From an uncultured Gemmatimonadales bacterium (GTDB taxonomy: Bacteria > Gemmatimonadota > Gemmatimonadetes > Gemmatimonadales > Gemmatimonadaceae): a stretch of 64,000 bases of DNA. The position numbers and the translations under genes are program-made. Location of the stretch: assembly GCA_963851265.1 (NCBI GenBank), contig CAWKNZ010000002.1, positions 1,184,001 through 1,248,000 on the forward strand. The letters run 5' to 3'. The stretch's first letter is position 1. The number at the start of each line of letters is the position of its first letter. A model generated the notes under the pieces. That model was not told where the DNA came from. It saw only the letters and a program-made list of their open reading frames with translations, and did not search any database. Shown here in pieces: positions 57,559-64,000 of this stretch.

Positions 57559-59027
57559 TGGCGGATGAGGAAGTCGGTGAACGCGTAGCGGCCGCCGCGC
57601 TCGAACACGAGGCGGATCGGGCCGCGCCCCGCGTAGACGTCGAGCGCGCGCGCGACCTCGTCGGCGGTCTGCACGGGCGTGCGGTTCACCTGCACGATGA
57701 CGTCGCCCGGCTCGATGCCGAGGTCGGCGGTCACGCGCGATGATGTCTGAAACACGAGCGCGCCGGCGGTCGACTGCACGCGGCGCTCGGCGCGGATCGT
57801 GGGCGTGAGCGTGACCAGTTGCAGCTCGCGCAGCACGGTCACCTTCGGCGCGGAGACCTCGGGCACGTCGCTCGGCTGCAACGTCGCGGTGCGCTCGACG
57901 CCCGCCCGTCGGAGAACGACCGGGGCCGTTTCGCCCGGGCGCAATTCGAGCAGGGCGGCCTCCCAGTCGAACGGGTTGCGGAGCGCGCGCGTCCCGACGC
58001 GGCGCAGCTGATCGCCGGCGCGGATATCGGCGCGCGCGGCGGGCGAGCCCGGGGCGATCGAGCGGACGACGACGCCGATGGTGAGCAGGTCGCGCGGGTT
58101 GGACGTCGCGGGCGCGGCGAGCGTGAGGCCGACCCACGCGCGGCGGACCACGCCGTGCGCGAGCAGGTCCTCCGCGACGCGGCGCGCGCGATTGATCGGG
58201 ATCGCGAAGCCGAGACCCACCGACCCGCCGCTCGGCGTGTAGATCGAGCTGTTGACGCCGATGACCTCGCCGGCGCCGTCGACCAGCGGCCCGCCCGAGT
58301 TCCCCGGGTTGATGGCCGCGTCGGTCTGGAGCATGTCGACGTACACGCCGCCGCCCTCGACCACGCCGACGAGGTTGCGCCCGGTCGCGGAGATCACGCC
58401 CGCCGTCACGCTCGGCTCGGTGTTGCCGAGCACGAAGCCGTACGGGTTGCCGATCGCGACGGCCCATTCGCCAATCATGAGCTGGTCGGAGTCGCCGAGC
58501 GGCGCGACGGGGAGGCCGCGCGCGTCGATCTTGAGGACGGCGAGGTCGTTGGCCTCGTCGGCGCCGACCACGCGGGCCGTGTAGGTCGTACCGTCACGCA
58601 GCGCGACCGACACGCGCTGCGCGCCGCTGACGACGTGGGCGTTGGTCACGACGACTCCGTCGGCGCGCACGATGAATCCCGACCCGATTCCGGAGCGACG
58701 TTGCGCGCCGCCGGGCTGCTGGCCGAAGTAGTCGAACGGGTCGACGGGCCGTTGCTCGACCGATTCGGTCTGCACGGTGACCACCGCTGGGGCGATCCGG
58801 GCGACGGCCGTGACGATCGCCGTCCGACGGCCGGCGGTGATCTCCGCGTCGGCCGGCGCAACCGCCTGCGGCAGTCGTGCCGCCGCGGGCGTGCTGCTCG
58901 GTGCCGCGCCGCTCGCCTGCGCGTGCGAGTCCGACGGCGCGCCCTGGCACCCCACCGCGAGAAGCAGGGCGGCAGACGTCCACCGGCCTGCCGCGCGGCG
59001 CCGGCGGCGCGCGGCGCGGTCGCTCAC
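57555..59027 (-). CDS. HtrA/DegP-family serine protease with two PDZ domains, possible lipoprotein
   Basis: GSGFI, TNAHVV, DLAVL, QTDAAINPGNSGGPL; leader ending LLAVGC. Confidence 0.93.
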   Translation of the reverse strand: MSDRAARRRRRAAGRWTSAALLLAVGCQGAPSDSHAQASGAAPSSTPAAARLPQAVAPADAEITAGRRTAIVTAVARIAPAVVTVQTESVEQRPVDPFDYFGQQPGGAQRRSGIGSGFIVRADGVVVTNAHVVSGAQRVSVALRDGTTYTARVVGADEANDLAVLKIDARGLPVAPLGDSDQLMIGEWAVAIGNPYGFVLGNTEPSVTAGVISATGRNLVGVVEGGGVYVDMLQTDAAINPGNSGGPLVDGAGEVIGVNSSIYTPSGGSVGLGFAIPINRARRVAEDLLAHGVVRRAWVGLTLAAPATSNPRDLLTIGVVVRSIAPGSPAARADIRAGDQLRRVGTRALRNPFDWEAALLELRPGETAPVVLRRAGVERTATLQPSDVPEVSAPKVTVLRELQLVTLTPTIRAERRVQSTAGALVFQTSSRVTADLGIEPGDVIVQVNRTPVQTADEVARALDVYAGRGPIRLVFERGGRYAFTDFLIRQ

Positions 59028-59698
59028 GCCGGCGCGAGGCGCGGGCGTGGGCGCGCGCTGAGCTCTTTGAGCAGCCCGTCCACTCCGCGGTCCGTAAGCG
59101 GGTGCACGAGAAACGACCGCAGACTCGCGACGTCGAGGATCACGGCGTCCGCGCCGGCGAGGCCGCACGCCGTGAACGCGGCGGAGCTGTGCGGCAGCGC
59201 GGCGGCCACATCGCATTCGATGCCGCCGCGGTCGAACAGCTGGCGTACCTCGCGCACGACGGCGAGGCTGTCCTGCCCGAGCCCCTCGAGCTGGTCAACC
59301 GGGACGACCACCGTGGTCGCACCGGCTTTGGCCGCGAAGAGCGCCTGCGCCGCGCTGAACACGAGCGTCGCGGCGACCCGAACGCCTTCGCTCTGCAGCC
59401 GGCGGATCGCCGTGACCGCCTCGTCGACGAGGGGGACCTGCACGACGAGGTTGTCCGCCACGCGGGCGAGTTCGCGCCCGTCGCGGTGGATGTCGGCGAT
59501 GTCGACCGACGCGACGCCGGCGTGCACGGGGACCAGCACGCTCCGCGCGATCTCGCCGAGCAGTTCGCGGTGCGCCTGGGCGTCACCGGCACGCTCCTCC
59601 GCGAGGCGGGCCGGCGACGTCACGATCCCGTCGACGAGGCCGTGCTCGGTTGCCCAGCGGACGTCGGACGGAGAGGCGGAGGCGAGCAGGATCTTCAT
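59024..59698 (-). CDS. Transaldolase/FSA-family protein lacking the catalytic residues
   Basis: Fold motifs GLVDG..T.P, TLVFSAAQALFAAKAGA and HPLTD.G retained; Schiff-base Lys appears replaced by Gln. Confidence 0.85.
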   Translation of the reverse strand: MKILLASASPSDVRWATEHGLVDGIVTSPARLAEERAGDAQAHRELLGEIARSVLVPVHAGVASVDIADIHRDGRELARVADNLVVQVPLVDEAVTAIRRLQSEGVRVAATLVFSAAQALFAAKAGATTVVVPVDQLEGLGQDSLAVVREVRQLFDRGGIECDVAAALPHSSAAFTACGLAGADAVILDVASLRSFLVHPLTDRGVDGLLKELSARPRPRLAPA

Positions 59699-60567
59699 GC
59701 GGCGTCGGCGAGCACGGTAGGGGGCGGAGCCGGGATGGCGCGTTCGGCGTCGACGCGCGCGGCGTCGGCGGGCGGGCCGTCCGCGTAGAGCGCGGCAGGA
59801 TAGCGAACCGCGTCGAGGTACAGCGCGTGCGGCGGTGCGGGCGGAGAAACGCCGCGATTGTCCGGCGCGTCGAGCAGGCGTCCGACGTCGTCGGCCCCGC
59901 GCCGGCCACTGGCGCAGTCGAGCATCGTGCCGACGAGGAATCGCACCATGTGGTGTAGAAATCGATTCGCCTCGACGGTGAACGCGAGCCCGCCGGCCCG
60001 CGTCGTCCAGGCGGCGACGTCCACGCGGCAGCGGTGATCGTCGGCCGCCGGCGCGGTGCCCTTCACCGCGTAGCCGCGGAAGCCGTGCTCGCCGAGGAGT
60101 GCGGCCGCCGCGCGCTCGAGCGTCGCGAGGTCGAGCGGCGTGCCGTACGCGTACTCCCGCCCGCGCCGAAATGGCGACGCGGCGGCGGCGTCGGTTCCGA
60201 CGAGATACGTGTACCGACGCGCGACGGCGCCGTAGCGGGCGTGGAAGGCGGGTCGCATCTCGTGCGCCTCGGCGACCCACACGTCACCGGGGAGCACCGC
60301 GTTGAGCGCGCGGCGGAGTGTCGCCGCCGACCAGCGCGCCGGAACGCGCACGCCGGCGGCCTGCCCGCGGGCATGCACGCCCGCGTCGGTGCGTCCGGCT
60401 CCGAGCACGGGCACGTGACGGCGCGTGAGGCGCTCGAGGGCGAGCTCCAGTACGCCCTGGACCGTGCGCGCCTCGCGCTGCCGCTGCCAGCCCGCGAACT
60501 GCGCGCCGTCATATTGCAGCACCAGCTGCAGTGAGCGCTCGGAGGCGTCGGTCGTGTCGAAGGCCAT
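59695..60567 (-). CDS. truA: tRNA pseudouridine(38-40) synthase
   Basis: YDG..F.GWQ.Q, AGRTDAGVHA.GQ, FHARY, FLHHMVR. Confidence 0.97.
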   Translation of the reverse strand: MAFDTTDASERSLQLVLQYDGAQFAGWQRQREARTVQGVLELALERLTRRHVPVLGAGRTDAGVHARGQAAGVRVPARWSAATLRRALNAVLPGDVWVAEAHEMRPAFHARYGAVARRYTYLVGTDAAAASPFRRGREYAYGTPLDLATLERAAAALLGEHGFRGYAVKGTAPAADDHRCRVDVAAWTTRAGGLAFTVEANRFLHHMVRFLVGTMLDCASGRRGADDVGRLLDAPDNRGVSPPAPPHALYLDAVRYPAALYADGPPADAARVDAERAIPAPPPTVLADAA

Positions 60568-60626
60568 CGCGGGCTGAAGCTAGCCGTGCCGGGAACGGGC
60601 GAGCAACTTACGCAGACCAGACGCCC

Positions 60627-62000
60627 ATGCCCGCACCCGCCCGTACGCTCGCCTCCCTCGCCCACGCGCTCGGCGCTGCCGCCGACGCGGACGCCGCGTT
60701 GCTCGCGTTCGCCGAGTCGATAGCCGAGCTGGACCGCGGCGCGCAGCCTGCCCTCTTCACCTACGACGGGCGTCGTCAGCTGCTCGTCTCGCGCCGCACG
60801 GTGGCGGAGGGGCGCGTGCTCGCGGCCGAGACCGAGGTCAGCCTCGAACACCTCCCCGCGGCCGCGCGTCAGCATCTGACGCTCGGCGGCCGCTTCACCG
60901 ATCTGGGTGACCGATCGCCGGAGTTCGCGCGGCTGTTCGGGATGGCCACGCCGCTCGACGGTTCGCTCGCGCTGCGCGGAATGCGGGCCGAGGGCCAGCT
61001 CGTCGCCGTGCTCGCACTGCGCGAACCCCGGCGCATGTTCGGCGCGCGCGTCGTCGAGCGCGCCGAGCCGGCCGCGGCACTGTTCGACCTCGCACTCGCC
61101 CGCTTCGCGGAGCGCGACGCGCGCGTCGAAGCGGTCGAGACGCTCGAGACGGTCACGCGTCGCGTGCACGGCGAGTACGTTCGCAAGTTGAATGGGCTCG
61201 AGAGCGAGCTGGCGGCGCTCCGCTCGGCCGGCGTGGACCCGCTCCGACGCCCTGCGCCGCCGGCCGAGCGCCTCGGCGCCGAGCGCGCCGTCGCGCAGGC
61301 GGCAGAGCAGGTGCGCCGGGCCGAGCGCCGGACCGAGCTGCTCGAACAGCAGCTCGCCGCGAGCGGAGGGCAGCTCGCGCAGGCGCAGCTCGAATCGCAC
61401 CGGCGCGGCGAGGCGCTGCGTCAGACCGAACGCACGCTCTACCTCCTCGACCGGGTGCTCGGGCTCGACGCGGCAGCGACCGACCCCCAGCAGCTCGCCG
61501 ACGGCCTGCTCGCGCTCGTCGGCGACGACATGCAGGCCCAACGTTGCTCGCTGGTCCTCCGCGCACCCGACCCGGGCTGGCTGTACCTCGCGGCGGCGCG
61601 GGGCGTGGCGCCGCACGTGCTCGACGGCGTCCGCATCCGCATGGGCGAAGGGGTCGCGGGACGCGTCGCGGCGGCACGCGAGCCGCTGCTCGTGCGCGAC
61701 GTGCGTGACGCGAGCGCGCACCCCCTGCTGCACGATCAGTATTTCACGATGGGCAGCTTCATCAGCTTTCCGCTCGTCTACCACGACGACCTCGTGGGCG
61801 TCGTGAATCTGACGAACCGGTCGTCGGCCACGTCCTACAGCGAGGACGACGTGGATCGCGTGCGCCTGCTCGCGCTCGTGATCGCGCTCGTGGCCACGCA
61901 CGCGCGGCTCCCCGAGCGCCTCGCCGCGGACAATCCCCGGCTCGCGTGGACGCCGGCGGGCGCCGGCGAGGCCGCGGCGGTGCCGGCGGTCGGCGTTTGA
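60627..62000 (+). CDS. GAF-domain protein (GAF-like, coiled coil, GAF; no output domain)
   Basis: C-terminal GEGVAGRVA..REPLLV.D...SFISFPL...LVGVVNLTN..YSEDD; central heptad-rich helix. Confidence 0.8.
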   Translation: MPAPARTLASLAHALGAAADADAALLAFAESIAELDRGAQPALFTYDGRRQLLVSRRTVAEGRVLAAETEVSLEHLPAAARQHLTLGGRFTDLGDRSPEFARLFGMATPLDGSLALRGMRAEGQLVAVLALREPRRMFGARVVERAEPAAALFDLALARFAERDARVEAVETLETVTRRVHGEYVRKLNGLESELAALRSAGVDPLRRPAPPAERLGAERAVAQAAEQVRRAERRTELLEQQLAASGGQLAQAQLESHRRGEALRQTERTLYLLDRVLGLDAAATDPQQLADGLLALVGDDMQAQRCSLVLRAPDPGWLYLAAARGVAPHVLDGVRIRMGEGVAGRVAAAREPLLVRDVRDASAHPLLHDQYFTMGSFISFPLVYHDDLVGVVNLTNRSSATSYSEDDVDRVRLLALVIALVATHARLPERLAADNPRLAWTPAGAGEAAAVPAVGV

Positions 62001-62040
62001 GGCGGGTCGGCGTGCGCGATCGCGCGACGGCGGGCGGCCG

Positions 62041-63150
62041 ATGAGCTCCGCGGCTGCGGTCGCGGGCGGCGCGCCCGCCGCGCCTCCGGACGCGCCGGCG
62101 GCCCCGCTCCGCGCGGCGCTGCGCGAGCTGGCCGCCGGTCGCGCGGTCCGACCGTCGGACGTCACCGACGCCTTCGAGGTCGTGATGCGCGGCGAGGCGA
62201 CGCCCGCCCAGATCGCCGCCCTGCTCATGGGGCTCCGGGTGAGGGGCGAGACTGCGCCGGAGATCGCCGCCGTCGCGCGCGCGCTGCGCGCCGTGATGGT
62301 TCGGTTGCCCGCGGACCGCCCGGAGGCGCTCGTCGACACGTGCGGCACGGGCGGTGGCGCGATCAGCACGTTCAACATCTCGACCGCCGCTGCACTGGTC
62401 GCCGCCGGGGCCGGCGTGCGCATCGCGAAACACGGGAACCGCTCGTTCACGTCCCGCTCGGGGAGCGCCGACGTGCTCGAAGCGTTAGGCGTACCCGTGG
62501 ATCCGACGGTGCCGGAAATGCAGCGCGCGCTCGCGTCGGCGGGCATCGCCTTCATGTACGCGCCGCGGATGCACCCCGCGATGCGGCATGTGGGCGCGGT
62601 GCGGCGGGAACTCGGCGTGCCGACGGTGATGAACGTCGTCGGCCCGCTCGCGAATCCGGCGATGGCTGGGCGTCAGGTGGTCGGCGTGGCCGATGCGCAC
62701 CGCGCGCCGCTCATCGCGGGCGCGCTCGCGGACCTCGGCGCCGTACACGCGCTCGTCGTGCACGGTGAGCCAGGTCTGGACGAGATCTCGCCACTCGGAC
62801 CGACGCACGTGTACGAGGTTCTCGCCGACGGCGGCGGAGGTGATCCCGCCGCGCGGCCGGTCGCGCGGGAGTGGACGATCAGGCCCGAGGCGCTCGGGCT
62901 CCGCGTGAACGACGCGTCGGACCTGGCCGGCGGCGAACCGGCAGAGAACGCCCGGGTCGTGCTCGACGTGCTCGGCGGCGGCGGGAGCGCGGGAGCGCGC
63001 GCCGCGGTGTTGCTCAACGCGGGCGCCGCGGTCTACGTGGCCGGACTCGACGCGACGTACGAAGCCGCCGTCGAGCGCGCACGGGCGGCGCTCGACGGCG
63101 GCTTGGGGTTACGAACGCTGGAGCGGCTGCGGGCGGCGTACGGCGCGTAA
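62041..63150 (+). CDS. trpD: Anthranilate phosphoribosyltransferase
   Basis: DTCGTGG, TFNIST, KHGNRS..S.SGSADVLE, HPAMR, GPLANP, LDE. Confidence 0.96.
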   Translation: MSSAAAVAGGAPAAPPDAPAAPLRAALRELAAGRAVRPSDVTDAFEVVMRGEATPAQIAALLMGLRVRGETAPEIAAVARALRAVMVRLPADRPEALVDTCGTGGGAISTFNISTAAALVAAGAGVRIAKHGNRSFTSRSGSADVLEALGVPVDPTVPEMQRALASAGIAFMYAPRMHPAMRHVGAVRRELGVPTVMNVVGPLANPAMAGRQVVGVADAHRAPLIAGALADLGAVHALVVHGEPGLDEISPLGPTHVYEVLADGGGGDPAARPVAREWTIRPEALGLRVNDASDLAGGEPAENARVVLDVLGGGGSAGARAAVLLNAGAAVYVAGLDATYEAAVERARAALDGGLGLRTLERLRAAYGA

Positions 63151-63180
63151 CCGCGACGGCGGCGCGCCCGCGCCGTGCTC

Positions 63181-63798
63181 TCAGAAGCGACGGAGCACCC
63201 CGACGACGACGCCCTGGATGCTGATGTCGTTCTCGTGCACGTAGATCGGCTCCATCGTCTCGTTCGCGGGCTGCAGGCGAATGCGGCCGTCGCGCTCGCG
63301 GTAGAACTTCTTCACGGTCGAGGACCCGCCCGCCGCGCCCTGGGTCATCGCGATCACCATCTCGCCGTTGTCGGCGCTGCGACGCTCGTTGACGACGACG
63401 AAATCGCCGTCGTGAATGTGCGCGTCGACCATCGACTGCCCGCGCACCTTGAGCACGTAGTGGGAGCCGCTCTTGCGAAGGAAGCTCTCCGGCACGGTCA
63501 TCGTCTCGCCTGAGGCCATCGACTCGATCGGCACGCCGGCCGCGACGGCGCCGAGCACCGGCAACTCGACCGCGCGCGGATAGACGTCCGTCTCGAGGAT
63601 CTCGATCGCGCGGCTCTCGTTGTAGCTCCGCTTGATGTAGCCCTTCCGCTCGAGGTTGCTCAGGTGTTCGTGGACCGTGGCCAGCGAGTTATAGTTGAAC
63701 GCCTCGGCGATTTCTTCGAAGCTCGGCGCGAAGCCGTTCGTCTGCGAGTAGCTGCCGAGGTAGTTGAGGATCTCGCGCTGGCGCTTCGTGAGCGGCAT
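63181..63798 (-). CDS. lexA: SOS repressor LexA
   Basis: LTKRQREIL, PSFEEIA, HL..LERKGYI, VAAG cleavage site, GQSM serine, TVKK lysine. Confidence 0.97.
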   Translation of the reverse strand: MPLTKRQREILNYLGSYSQTNGFAPSFEEIAEAFNYNSLATVHEHLSNLERKGYIKRSYNESRAIEILETDVYPRAVELPVLGAVAAGVPIESMASGETMTVPESFLRKSGSHYVLKVRGQSMVDAHIHDGDFVVVNERRSADNGEMVIAMTQGAAGGSSTVKKFYRERDGRIRLQPANETMEPIYVHENDISIQGVVVGVLRRF

Positions 63799-63939
63799 GG
63801 GGGCTCCCGGGCCGAGCGGCCCGTCGGTCCGCGGCCCGAAGGTCGCGGTAGGTGCAGTCAGACCCGGCTCGGGGCGATCCGTCGCCGGCGGGGCAGGGCG
63901 AGGACGGAAGCCAGTGGATGGCGTGCGTCCGCGTGTCAC

Positions 63940-63985
63940 CCGAACAGTCGCCGAAAACGCTAGCCGAAGATCGGCCGAAGTGCAA
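63940..63985 (-). promoter_or_regulatory. lexA promoter overlapped by four TTCGG direct repeats (putative LexA operators)
   Basis: Minus strand TTGCAC (63985-63980), 17 bp spacer, TAGCGT (63962-63957); plus-strand CCGAA at 63940, 63951, 63964, 63975. Confidence 0.7.
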
Positions 63986-64000
63986 GGAAGCCGTGGACGC

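Noticed and set aside
63799..63939. 47 aa N-terminal extension of LexA given by the ORF track
   Set aside because: Homology starts at MPLTKRQ (63798), preceded by GGAG; the upstream stretch is better read as 5' UTR.

Overview
Very GC-rich (roughly 70%+, judged by eye), gene-dense core-chromosome segment, probably from a Gemmatimonadota bacterium (inference from gene order and protein style, not confirmed). Plus strand, first part: lysC-dapB-dapA-dapD-aroA-cmk, rpsA, an acyl-CoA carboxylase cluster with an RlmD-like gene inside it, rplM-rpsI-rpsB-tsf-pyrH-frr-uppS-cdsA-dxr-rseP, rpsO-pnp-M16 peptidase-ald. Plus strand, second part: mreBCD-mrdA-rodA-accD-folC-hisS-proS-lysA-phosphoesterase-guaA, dusB and tmRNA. 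Minus strand: a Ser/Thr kinase, a PTS IIA gene, a long run truA-(transaldolase-like)-htrA-purB-purC-psd-pssA-purS-purQ-(Zn ribbon)-purL-purF-ppdK, and lexA. A GAF protein and trpD lie on the plus strand near the end. I saw no mobile element, prophage or CRISPR. The main unexplained signals are: (1) a non-palindromic motif (C)GTTAGGC(R) found at least 19 times on both strands, in several reading frames, forcing rare codons, which suggests DNA-level selection (uptake-sequence, Chi-like or protein-binding site); (2) four CCGAA direct repeats over the lexA promoter, a candidate SOS box; (3) a transaldolase-fold protein missing its catalytic residues. Frameshifts in aroA, hisS and dusB look like assembly indel errors.
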